A stretch of DNA of 32,000 bases from assembly GCA_963675915.1 (NCBI GenBank), contig OY780959.1, positions 2,070,001 through 2,102,000 of the forward strand, written 5' to 3'. The translations under genes and the position numbers were made by a program. The notes below the pieces were generated by a model that made no database searches, was not told the DNA's origin, and worked only from the letters and a program-made list of their open reading frames with translations. This DNA is from Coprobacillaceae bacterium. GTDB lineage: Bacteria; Bacillota_I; Bacilli_A; Erysipelotrichales; Coprobacillaceae. Shown piece by piece: positions 17,769 through 26,456 of the stretch (the first letter of the stretch is position 1; each line of letters begins with the position of its first letter).

Positions 17769-18434
17769 CTATGTCAACCTGCTAAAAATATTTGAAATAC
17801 ATTCACCCATGAACACACTGTCTTCTCGCTGAACATAGTCCGGCTTTGTTTGAAAGAACACATTGATGGTGTCTTTCACCCGAGCAAAGAATTCGCGGAT
17901 TTCTCGTTCCATCTGGTCAGGATAATCATTTCCTTCACTTCCGACTCCGTTTACATTCATTCCCATCATTCTTCCGATAAACAGCGAACGGTAGAGATGA
18001 TACGGTTGAGTTACAATCAAAATATTCTCGAAATCATAGTTATGTTTGAGGGAATAGATACTTGCATAAGTCGAGAACCCATCAGGATCCTCAATAATCG
18101 AATTTTCCGGGACACCCTGTTCCACCGCGTAGTTTTTCATTGTCTTTACTTCGTCATAGTAGGAATCGCCACCATCTCCAGACATCATAATAGTGTCGGA
18201 GTATCCAGATTCGTATAATTCAATCGCCTTGTCCAATCGATCTTGAAGCATATCGCTAGGGCTATTGTTGTAAACACTGCAGCCAAGTACAACTATGGCT
18301 GCATACTTGGTTGAATTATCGGAAATCTTGCTACCTTGGCCGATCAACATAACGAATATATTGATACCAATTGAAATAACTATCAGCGAAATTATTACCC
18401 GGGAAATAAATTTTATCAATTTCATTATTATCAC
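17769..18434 (-). CDS. sanA: SanA/YdcF-like DUF218 membrane-anchored protein
   Basis: 221 aa. N-terminal TM helix, then a DUF218 pattern: AIVVLGCSV...PS..L..RLD.A..LY......I..SGDGG...YDEV..M, and IVTQ.YHL.R. Confidence 0.75.
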   Translation of the reverse strand: MIIMKLIKFISRVIISLIVISIGINIFVMLIGQGSKISDNSTKYAAIVVLGCSVYNNSPSDMLQDRLDKAIELYESGYSDTIMMSGDGGDSYYDEVKTMKNYAVEQGVPENSIIEDPDGFSTYASIYSLKHNYDFENILIVTQPYHLYRSLFIGRMMGMNVNGVGSEGNDYPDQMEREIREFFARVKDTINVFFQTKPDYVQREDSVFMGECISNIFSRLT

Positions 18435-18550
18435 CTCAATAATTATACCTAATATTCCTGATTAAAACTATCTTTAATTTAGCAGATCAGCGTAAAAATA
18501 ACTTTTTCACATTAATAGGCATCAAATGTTCAGTTAAATTAGCCTGTCTC

Positions 18551-18590
18551 AAAAGCAATCAAACCCACTTGTTATAGTGGGTTTGATTGC
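18551..18590 (-). terminator. Intrinsic terminator of the 1408-aa gene
   Basis: 15-bp perfect stem GCAATCAAACCCACT/AGTGGGTTTGATTGC (18555-18590) with a 6-nt loop, starting 4 nt after the stop. It is followed on the minus strand by TTTTGAG. Confidence 0.8.
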
Positions 18591-18594
18591 ATAT

Positions 18595-21500
18595 CTAATC
18601 TTCTTTGTTTAAATTCTTAAACGCAGTAGACATCATCAGTTTGATTCTGTTAAGCTGATTAACTTCGCTTATTCCCGGATCATAGTCGATAGCGACAATG
18701 TTCGATTCCGGATAGGCTTTTCGTAGAGCTTTGATTGAACCCTTCCCGGTAACGTGGTTTGGCAGGCATCCAAATGGCTGCATGCACACGATGTTCGGAG
18801 CGCCGGATTCGATAAGCTCAATCATTTCGCCAGTAAGGAACCAACCTTCTCCGGTTTGGTTTCCGATATTTACTACTTCACTGGCTTTTTGAGCAAGATG
18901 ATAAATCGATGCCGGTGGTTCAAAACGATTCGAGGCTTCCAATGCCTTGCGCATATCATGGCGGAGGAAATCCACAAACCCAATCAATCCTTTTGATACG
19001 TATTTGGTTATAGGTTTTAAACCATATTGTTTTTGTTTGTACTGCATATTGTAGAATGAATATTGGAAGAAATCAATCAGATCCGGCATCACTGCCTCTC
19101 CGCCTTCTTCTTCAATAATCTTAACAATTTCATTGTTTGCGGTTGGATGGAATTTAACTAGAATTTCTCCAACCAAACCAACTCGTGGTTTCTTGATGTC
19201 GGTCAAAGGCAGCTCATCAAAATCTTTTACGATTTGTTTGATATTTTTTTTGAACTGGTTAAGTGATCCATTTACGACATTATCAATACATCTGCTAACC
19301 CATGATTCATATAACTCATTGGCACTGCCAGGTTGAGTTTCATATGGTCGAACTCGGTACAATACCCTCATGAATAGGTCGCCATAAATTGCTCCCATGA
19401 CTGTTTTCTTAGCCAAAGGAAGAGTTATTTTGAATCCCGGATTGGTTTCAATTCCTTGTAAGTTGGCTGAAATTACCGGTACTTGTTCCATTCCGGCATC
19501 TTTCAGTGCTTTTCTGATAAAGGCAATGTAATTGGTTGCCCGGCATCCTCCTCCGGTTTGGGAGATGATCAAAGCTGTTTTATCCAGATCATATTCTCCG
19601 CTTTCAAGTGCCGCCATCATCTGACCGGCTACCAGGATACTTGGATAACAAGCATCGTTATTTACATATTTCAATCCCGCATCAACTGCCTTGTTGTCAA
19701 CTGAAGGTAATACTTTCAAGTTGTAACCTAACGCTGCAAATGCCGGTTCGACAAATTGAAAATGGATTGGCGACATTTGAGGACACAATATTGTCCAGCC
19801 TTCATTTTTCATTTCTTTCGTGAACGGTACGGTTTGAGCATCATATTTAGGTGCATCAGTGGTTATTTCGTCCCTACGTTCTTCCATAGTCGCCTTTAGC
19901 GAACGAATTCTGATTCTGACCGCGCCAAGATTTGATCCCTCATCAATTTTAAGCAATGTAAATATTTTGTTTCTGGCATGCAGAATTTCACTGACCTGAT
20001 CGGCAGTAACTGCATCCAGACCACAACCGAAAGAAGTGAGTTGGATCAACTGTAAGTTTGGATTTGTAGTCACATAATTGGATGCTTTATACAAACGTGA
20101 ATGATATGTCCATTGATTTACTACCCGCAAATCATTTGATTCAAGATCAAGGTGAGCGATACTGTCTTCAGTCAATACTGCCAAACCCTCACCGGTTATC
20201 AGATCCGGGATACCATGATTGATTTCCGGATCAACATGATATGGCCGACCTGCAAGTACGATACCCTGAATGTTGTTTTTGGCAATATATTCAAGAACTT
20301 TTTCGCCTTCTTCTTCAATATCCAGACGGGCTTTGGTCATTTCACCATACCCTTTATTGATTGCCTGCAACAGTTCGTCATCAGGAATATTGTAAGATTG
20401 CAATTCTTCTTTCAATACTTTGAATATTGATTTTTTATTTGAAAGATCGATAAACGGATTTTTGAAATCAATATTGCCAATACTGTCGACATTGTTCCTG
20501 ATAACTTCGGTATATGATGTTACAACCGGGCAGTTGTAATGGTTTGTCGCTTCTTCAAACTCTTTCCTTTCGTACGCAATCGAAGGATAGAAAATGAACT
20601 TGATTCCTTTTTCTATTAGAGATTCGATATGACCGTGTGATATTTTAGCTGGATAACATACCGATTCCGACGGAATGGATTCAATCCCTTTTTCATAGAT
20701 CTTTTTAGAAGATGCTGGTGATAGAACTACTCTGAAATTCAACGAGGTGAAGAAAGTATGCCAAAAAGGATAATTTTCATACATGTTCAATACTCGCGGA
20801 ATTCCTACTTCTCCCCGACTAGCATCTTCAAGTGCCAATGAGCGGTAACCGAATGTACGGCGATACTTGTAGTTAAACATATTTGGCAGATTCTTATTTA
20901 CCGGTGGTAAATCAGCACCTCTTTCACAGCGATTCCCTGAAACATGACGGGAACCGTCATTAAATGTAGATACTGTCAACAAGCAATGATTATTACATTT
21001 TTGACATCTTTTGATATCGCTTGTAAAGCTGAAAGATTTTAACTGATCTTTGGACAATAAAGTCGACTGTTCTCCTGAATAGTCTTCAAGAGCCAACAAT
21101 CCAATCCCAAAAGCTCCCATCAATCCGGAAATATCAGGTCGAATAACTTCCAGTCCGGTTTCTTTTTCAAAAGCCCGCAATACAGACTCATTATAGAAAG
21201 TTCCCCCTTGAACCAAAACGCTATTACCGACAGATTCGGCATTTCTCAGTTTGATTACTTTATAAAGGGCATTTTTAATTACTGAATATGACAGACCGGC
21301 CGAAATATCTTCGATTTTGGCCCCTTCTTTTTGAGCTTGTTTGACTTTGGAATTCATGAAAACTGTACATCGGGAACCAAGGTCTATCGGTAGACGTGAG
21401 TCGTTTGCCATCTTGGCAAAATCCTTGACGTTATATCCCAAAGATTTCGCAAAAGTCTCGATAAATGAACCACAGCCTGATGAACATGCCTCATTAAGCA

Positions 21501-22821
21501 GGATGTCCTGGATAACTCCATCTTCTATTTTGATGGCTTTCATATCCTGACCACCAATATCCAAGATGAAAGATACGTCTTCCTTAAAGTATTTTGCTCC
21601 ACGGTAATGGGCAATTGTTTCTACTTGTGACATATCGACTTTGAAAGCTGCTTTGACTAGCGCTTCCCCATATCCGGTAACTCCCGAATGGACTATCTCA
21701 ACGCCTTCGGGCAGTTTTTCGTGAATATCCAAAATGATTCTTCTGACAACTCCCAAAGGGTCACCTTCATTCGAATCGTAATATGTATATAGGACGCCAC
21801 CAAGTTCATCCAAAAGAACCGCTTTGGTTGTGGTGGATCCAACGTCAATACCTAGGAAGGCCTTTCCTTGATATGACTGCAAATCAACGCGGCGGACTTT
21901 ATCCTTTTCATGACGTGATCTGAATTCAATAACTTCAGCTTCATTTTTGAATAATGATGGCAGCGTTTTTGTTTCATCTCCTAAAGAATCCGGAGCATTA
22001 TTAATTTTATCAAGAATATCTGCAACTTCATGAGTTTGTTCAACCTCATGAGCCAGAAGACACGCCCCCATCGCTACGAATAATTGTGAATTATCAGGGA
22101 AAATCACATCTTCATCTTTAATTTTTAAAGTATCAATGAATCTTTTACGCAGTTCGCTTAAGAAGAACAAAGGTCCTCCCAAAAACGCAATTTTCCCTCT
22201 TATTGGCTTACCGCAAGCCAGACCTGAAATTGTCTGATTGACAACTGCCTGGAAAACTGAAACAGCAATATCCGCTTTACGGGCCCCTTCATTGATTAAA
22301 GGTTGAATATCCGTTTTGGCAAAAACACCACATCTTGAGGCAATCGGATAAATTGTCTCATAGCTTTTCGAAAGTTCATTCAAGCCCGCAGCATCAGTCT
22401 GTAGCAAGGTTGCCATCTGATCAATAAATGCCCCAGTCCCCCCGGCACATGAACCATTCATTCTTTGCTCAAGTGAAGACTCAAAGTAAGTGATTTTTGC
22501 ATCCTCACCACCAAGTTCAATTGCCACATCACATTCAGGAATATACGTTTCTACCGTTTTGGTACATGCAATAACTTCCTGAACAAATTTTATATTAAGA
22601 TATTTAGATAATGACAATCCCCCTGAACCGGTCATTACTACTTTTATTTTGATATCAGGGTATTTCTCATGAACAAGGATAAAAAGTTCTTTTATCGCTT
22701 TCTGAACATCTGAGAAATGACGCTGATATGTAGAGAAAATGCAATTATCATTTTCATCTGTTAAATAAAATTTTACAGTTGTAGAACCAACGTCAATACC
22801 TAGTAAATATGTTTTGTCCAT
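18595..22821 (-). CDS. Fused double BcrAD/BadFG-type ATPase (activase) plus DUF2229/HgdB-like 2-hydroxyacyl-CoA-dehydratase-related protein
   Basis: 1408 aa. There are two acetate/sugar-kinase-fold activase modules, each starting with LGIDVGSTT(V/T)K (residues about 6-16 and about 323-333). A Cys-rich segment CQKCNNHC...GNRCERG follows, then a large C-terminal region with dehydratase D-component-like character (e.g. CMQPFGCLPNH). Confidence 0.8.
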   Translation of the reverse strand: MDKTYLLGIDVGSTTVKFYLTDENDNCIFSTYQRHFSDVQKAIKELFILVHEKYPDIKIKVVMTGSGGLSLSKYLNIKFVQEVIACTKTVETYIPECDVAIELGGEDAKITYFESSLEQRMNGSCAGGTGAFIDQMATLLQTDAAGLNELSKSYETIYPIASRCGVFAKTDIQPLINEGARKADIAVSVFQAVVNQTISGLACGKPIRGKIAFLGGPLFFLSELRKRFIDTLKIKDEDVIFPDNSQLFVAMGACLLAHEVEQTHEVADILDKINNAPDSLGDETKTLPSLFKNEAEVIEFRSRHEKDKVRRVDLQSYQGKAFLGIDVGSTTTKAVLLDELGGVLYTYYDSNEGDPLGVVRRIILDIHEKLPEGVEIVHSGVTGYGEALVKAAFKVDMSQVETIAHYRGAKYFKEDVSFILDIGGQDMKAIKIEDGVIQDILLNEACSSGCGSFIETFAKSLGYNVKDFAKMANDSRLPIDLGSRCTVFMNSKVKQAQKEGAKIEDISAGLSYSVIKNALYKVIKLRNAESVGNSVLVQGGTFYNESVLRAFEKETGLEVIRPDISGLMGAFGIGLLALEDYSGEQSTLLSKDQLKSFSFTSDIKRCQKCNNHCLLTVSTFNDGSRHVSGNRCERGADLPPVNKNLPNMFNYKYRRTFGYRSLALEDASRGEVGIPRVLNMYENYPFWHTFFTSLNFRVVLSPASSKKIYEKGIESIPSESVCYPAKISHGHIESLIEKGIKFIFYPSIAYERKEFEEATNHYNCPVVTSYTEVIRNNVDSIGNIDFKNPFIDLSNKKSIFKVLKEELQSYNIPDDELLQAINKGYGEMTKARLDIEEEGEKVLEYIAKNNIQGIVLAGRPYHVDPEINHGIPDLITGEGLAVLTEDSIAHLDLESNDLRVVNQWTYHSRLYKASNYVTTNPNLQLIQLTSFGCGLDAVTADQVSEILHARNKIFTLLKIDEGSNLGAVRIRIRSLKATMEERRDEITTDAPKYDAQTVPFTKEMKNEGWTILCPQMSPIHFQFVEPAFAALGYNLKVLPSVDNKAVDAGLKYVNNDACYPSILVAGQMMAALESGEYDLDKTALIISQTGGGCRATNYIAFIRKALKDAGMEQVPVISANLQGIETNPGFKITLPLAKKTVMGAIYGDLFMRVLYRVRPYETQPGSANELYESWVSRCIDNVVNGSLNQFKKNIKQIVKDFDELPLTDIKKPRVGLVGEILVKFHPTANNEIVKIIEEEGGEAVMPDLIDFFQYSFYNMQYKQKQYGLKPITKYVSKGLIGFVDFLRHDMRKALEASNRFEPPASIYHLAQKASEVVNIGNQTGEGWFLTGEMIELIESGAPNIVCMQPFGCLPNHVTGKGSIKALRKAYPESNIVAIDYDPGISEVNQLNRIKLMMSTAFKNLNKED

Positions 22822-22861
22822 GTTTTCTCCTATCTATATTATTAGCTATAATAATGAACTT

Positions 22862-22890
22862 ATTATAGTTTAGGTACTAACTATTGTCAA
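22862..22890 (-). promoter_or_regulatory. Consensus sigma-A-type promoter of the 1408-aa gene
   Basis: The minus strand reads TTGACA (22890-22885), an exact 17-nt spacer, then TATAAT (22867-22862), about 40 nt upstream of the ATG at 22821. Confidence 0.6.
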
Positions 22891-22953
22891 CAAATTAGGC
22901 ATTTACTTGAAAAAATCGAATGGAGGTTTTTCACACATTTCCTATTATATGTT

Positions 22954-22978
22954 AAAAAAGTCAACTTCAATCGTTGAC
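22954..22978 (-). terminator. Intrinsic terminator of glmS
   Basis: GTCAAC-gattgaa-GTTGAC hairpin (22960-22978) 9 nt after the glmS stop, extended by A/T pairs and followed by TTTTTT on the minus strand. Confidence 0.65.
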
Positions 22979-22987
22979 TTTTTCTTA

Positions 22988-24808
22988 TTATTCTACTGTT
23001 ACTGACTTTGCAAGATTACGTGGTTTATCCACATCGCAACCTTTGAATTTGGCTGTGTAGTAGGCCACCAGTTGTAGTGGAACCGCAACCAGGATGGCTT
23101 GTAAAATCGGATCAACATCCGGAAGAATGTAAACATCCTCGATCCCATGCACATCCATACCTTCGATGGTAAATAAAATCACTCTTGCCCCGCGGGCAAT
23201 TGTTTCTTGAATATTTGAAATTGTTTTAGCGGCAATTTTTGGCTGAGTTGCTACAGCGATGACCACCGATCCTTCTTCAATCAGGGCGATTGGTCCATGT
23301 TTCAATTCTCCTGCAACATAAGCATCAGCATGAATATATGAAACTTCCTTGACTTTCAAGGCACCTTCCATAACTGAGGCATAATCAAGTCCTCGGCCGA
23401 TGTAATAGCAGTCACGTTCATGTTCCAGCATTTGGCCGTAACCTTTGAACTTTTCTTCATCTTTGAGAATATTATCGATATGTTCCGGAAGTCGTGACAG
23501 ACCCGCCAAAAGTTTTTTGTAATCATAATTTTCTTTTTTCAGTGCTTGGGCAATATACATTGCCACTAAATCCATAACCACAATTTGGGTTGTATATGCT
23601 TTGGTCGAAGCTACTGCAATTTCCGGACCGGCAGAAGTGTAGATTGTATAATCGGCCTCACGTGAAATTGAAGATCCCAAGACATTGACAATAGCGATTG
23701 TCGTTGCGCCTTTTTGTTTGGCAAGACGAAGCGCTGCCATGGTGTCTGCTGTCTCTCCTGATTGGGACACAAAAAACGCTAGTGTTTTTTCATCAACAAG
23801 CGGATCCGAGTATCTGAATTCGGAAGCCACTTGAGTCATAGATGGAATTTGAGCCAACTGTTCCAGGATTTTAGCTCCTAAAATACTGGAATGATAGGCA
23901 GTTCCACAAGCAACGAAATATGCTTTGGTGAATTTATGGAATTCATCGTGAAGTTCATCCAATTCATGTAAAACGATGCGATCATCATTTTCAACGCGTC
24001 CCCGTAATGTTTCTTTTATTGCATGAGGCTGTTCGTGAATCTCCTTCAACATAAAAGTATCATAACCACCTTTTTGGGCTGCTTCATTGTCATAAGGGAT
24101 ATGAACCAATTCCTTTTCGATGATATTGCTGTTGGCATCATAGAATGTGATCTTTTCCGATTTCAATACTGCAATTTCCCCATCTTCAAGGAAATAGACA
24201 TTTTTAGTATAATCCAGAATTGCCGGGATATCCGATCCGGCCACGGCTGCAGTATCAGTTTTTCCCAATACGATCGGACTGTCTTTTTTCGTGATATAGA
24301 TGACATCAGGGTGTTCATTATGGACAATACATAGTGCGTATGATCCTTCTATTTTCTCGAGAACCTTCAAAATAGCGGCATGCATATCGCCATCATAATA
24401 ATAGTCAAGCAGATGTACAACTACTTCACTGTCAGTATCCGATTTGAAATCATAACCTTTTTGGATCAAAAACTTTTTGATCTCCTGATAATTTTCAATG
24501 ATTCCGTTGTGAACCAAAGAAATTGTCTCATCACTATTGGTATGGGGATGAGCATTCAGGTTTGAAGGAACTCCATGGGTAGCCCATCTGGTGTGACCAA
24601 TTCCGATACTCCCCTCAATATTTTTTCCTTCCAGTAATTCTTCTAAATTTTTGATTCTTCCTTTAGCCTTATATGTATTGATTTCATTGGCGCTGTTAAT
24701 CAAGGTAACTCCAGCCGAGTCATAACCACGATATTCCAACTTCTTCAATCCCTGAAGCAAAAAGGGCAATGCTTTTTCTTTACCTACATAGGCGGTAATT
24801 CCACACAT
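22988..24808 (-). CDS. glmS: Glutamine--fructose-6-phosphate aminotransferase (isomerizing)
   Basis: 606 aa. N-terminal MCGI (catalytic Cys2), a glutaminase domain, two SIS domains, and the C-terminal ...KPRNLAKSVTVE signature. Confidence 0.97.
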   Translation of the reverse strand: MCGITAYVGKEKALPFLLQGLKKLEYRGYDSAGVTLINSANEINTYKAKGRIKNLEELLEGKNIEGSIGIGHTRWATHGVPSNLNAHPHTNSDETISLVHNGIIENYQEIKKFLIQKGYDFKSDTDSEVVVHLLDYYYDGDMHAAILKVLEKIEGSYALCIVHNEHPDVIYITKKDSPIVLGKTDTAAVAGSDIPAILDYTKNVYFLEDGEIAVLKSEKITFYDANSNIIEKELVHIPYDNEAAQKGGYDTFMLKEIHEQPHAIKETLRGRVENDDRIVLHELDELHDEFHKFTKAYFVACGTAYHSSILGAKILEQLAQIPSMTQVASEFRYSDPLVDEKTLAFFVSQSGETADTMAALRLAKQKGATTIAIVNVLGSSISREADYTIYTSAGPEIAVASTKAYTTQIVVMDLVAMYIAQALKKENYDYKKLLAGLSRLPEHIDNILKDEEKFKGYGQMLEHERDCYYIGRGLDYASVMEGALKVKEVSYIHADAYVAGELKHGPIALIEEGSVVIAVATQPKIAAKTISNIQETIARGARVILFTIEGMDVHGIEDVYILPDVDPILQAILVAVPLQLVAYYTAKFKGCDVDKPRNLAKSVTVE

Positions 24809-24840
24809 AATTTGTCTCCTTTATTGTATTTAGTGTGGGT

Positions 24841-24970
24841 AACTGATATCCCTCTGTTCAATAATCGCTTACTGTTTTTAGAATACCATCAGACATTACC
24901 ATGCCTTTAGGTCATCCGCCGAATCTTTCGATAAACCTAAACCTCGTCAACTCCTAGAGTCCTGGCGCTT
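24841..24970 (-). ncRNA. glmS ribozyme: glmS ribozyme (GlcN6P-dependent self-cleaving riboswitch) in the glmS 5' leader
   Basis: The minus strand reads AAGCGCCAGGACTCTAGGAGTTGACGAGGTTTAGGTTTATCGAAAGATTCGGCGGATGACCTAAAGGC... It contains the conserved A/GCGCC cleavage-site motif, GACGAGG, and TTCGGCGGATG flanked by the pairing TTTAGGT/ACCTAAA. It sits directly upstream of the glmS RBS. The 3' boundary is approximate. Confidence 0.85.
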
Positions 24971-24997
24971 ATAAAACTTATTTCACACTATAGAATA

Positions 24998-25025
24998 ATT
25001 ATATCGATTATTTAAATATCTACAA
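24998..25025 (-). promoter_or_regulatory. Candidate glmS promoter
   Basis: The minus strand reads TTGTAG (25025-25020), a 16-nt spacer, then TATAAT (25003-24998), about 28 nt upstream of the ribozyme cleavage-site motif. Confidence 0.45.
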
Positions 25026-25101
25026 CCTTATTTGTACCGTTTTTAAAATATAAAAATATATTATTTCCAGATGAAAAATATTAATTATTTCTATTATTTT
25101 T

Positions 25102-26246
25102 CTTAATTAGCCACAAGATGCATGTTGGATAATATACCAATTAGCACCAAATGCCTGTATATGCTTGTTTTCGTTTTAGGAACCGTTTTTGTTCCTTCTA
25201 AATCTTTGATAATTGAAGACCATTAGAGATCATCTTGATATGATATTACCGAGGTGATATCAATGTCTAAAAAACTAAAACCAAAGAAAGATTCCTTAAT
25301 TGCTCTTACTCGAAAATACGCCAACGACAATGCCCAATGCGTCCAGTTCTTCTTCAACATAAAGTGGCCTGAAGGCTTCGTTTGTGAAAAGTGCGGCTGC
25401 ACTCATTACTACTTTGTTGAAAGCAGAAAAGCGTATCAATGCAAAGAATGTAAGAAACAGCACTTTCTTCTTGCGGGAACTATATTCCAGGATACTAAGC
25501 TTGATCTGTACAAACTTATTTTAGGAATGTTTATTTTCTTTACTTCCAATAAAGGTGTGTCAGCTATCGAACTTGCCAGTGAATTGGATGTTAATTACAA
25601 AACTGCTTTATTACTGGCTAAAAAATGTCGTATTTTGATGGCTCAGAGCTGTAGTGAAAAGATGCTGGACAGTATGTTTTATGAAGCTGACGTCGTATAT
25701 ATTGGCTCTAAGAGCAATGATGAGAATCACCAAGGTTGTGCCACTGAGCAGCAGCCTTTTTTGATGGTCTTATCGACTAATGGGGAGAACAAATATCCCC
25801 AATACATCAAACTTCACCCTATCCCCGTAGACAATAAATTTCATATCGACAACATCATTACCAAAAGCGTTAAGCTATCGAAAAAACGCAAAATGAATAC
25901 CGATGGCAAAACGACCTTCAACTCGATCAAAGACAAGATCAACCTCAATCAAGAGAAGATACTTTATCATGAAGATGATCACCGGATGTATTGGTTAAAC
26001 ATCATTGTGGGCGATATTAAAAACAATATTACCGGGATATATCATGGAGTGGCTAAACGAGATTTGCCGTTATTTCTAAATGAACAGGAATGGCGGTTCA
26101 ACCACCGATACACAGGGACAAATATAATGAGCAAAGTGAGAAAATACTTACAGCTTTCATCACCGATGCCAAGAAGAAAAATTGTGACAGTCCTCAATCT
26201 AGCGGAATCCTATTTTTCTAGTACATGTGTCTGATGGCTAATTAAG
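25102..26246 (+). mobile_element. IS1595-family insertion sequence (complete, 1145 bp)
   Basis: The terminal inverted repeats are CTTAATTAGCCA (25102-25113) and TGGCTAATTAAG (26235-26246), a perfect 12 bp. They extend imperfectly inward to about 24 bp. The element is flanked by an exact 8-bp direct repeat ttattttt (25094-25101 and 26247-26254). It carries a single transposase ORF. Confidence 0.85.
25263..26234 (+). CDS. IS1595 family transposase (ISXO2-like)
   Basis: N-terminal transposase zinc-ribbon KWPEGFVCEKCGC..Y......YQCKECKKQ, followed by a DDE_Tnp_IS1595-like body. The ATG at 25263 is preferred because GAGGTGA lies 7-8 nt upstream. The ORF track starts at GTG 25254. Confidence 0.85.
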   Translation: MSKKLKPKKDSLIALTRKYANDNAQCVQFFFNIKWPEGFVCEKCGCTHYYFVESRKAYQCKECKKQHFLLAGTIFQDTKLDLYKLILGMFIFFTSNKGVSAIELASELDVNYKTALLLAKKCRILMAQSCSEKMLDSMFYEADVVYIGSKSNDENHQGCATEQQPFLMVLSTNGENKYPQYIKLHPIPVDNKFHIDNIITKSVKLSKKRKMNTDGKTTFNSIKDKINLNQEKILYHEDDHRMYWLNIIVGDIKNNITGIYHGVAKRDLPLFLNEQEWRFNHRYTGTNIMSKVRKYLQLSSPMPRRKIVTVLNLAESYFSSTCV

Positions 26247-26305
26247 TTATTTTTCAAATTATGAAATTTTTAATTTTAAAAATCATTTCATTGTATCATG
26301 GAATC

Positions 26306-26369
26306 AATAGTTTATTAATTTAATTCCCATAGTCACATCATCAATAATCCTTATAATTAATAAACTATT
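26306..26369. repeat. AT-rich 15-bp perfect inverted repeat with a 34-nt spacer
   Basis: AATAGTTTATTAATT (26306-26320) and AATTAATAAACTATT (26355-26369) are exact reverse complements. Nearby small palindromes are TGCAATttATTGCA (26371-26384) and GGGGAcTCCCC (26390-26400). Confidence 0.5.
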
Positions 26370-26412
26370 TTGCAATTTATTGCATCCTTGGGGACTCCCC
26401 TAAGTCCTCAAT

Positions 26413-26452
26413 CAAAAACCCGCATGTTCAATCGTTGATTGAACATGCGGGT
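26413..26452 (-). terminator. Intrinsic terminator of the metH operon (bidirectional-looking)
   Basis: Stem of about 16 bp, ACCCGCATGTTCAATC/GATTGAACATGCGGGT (26418-26452), abutting the stop at 26457. It is flanked by an A-run and a T-run, so it could act on both strands. Confidence 0.8.
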
Positions 26453-26456
26453 TTTT

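Noticed and set aside
26261-26323. 20-codon ORF (MKFLILKIISLYHGINSLLI) just outside the IS1595 right end.
   Set aside because: It has no Shine-Dalgarno sequence, sits in AT-rich low-complexity context, and has no supporting evidence.
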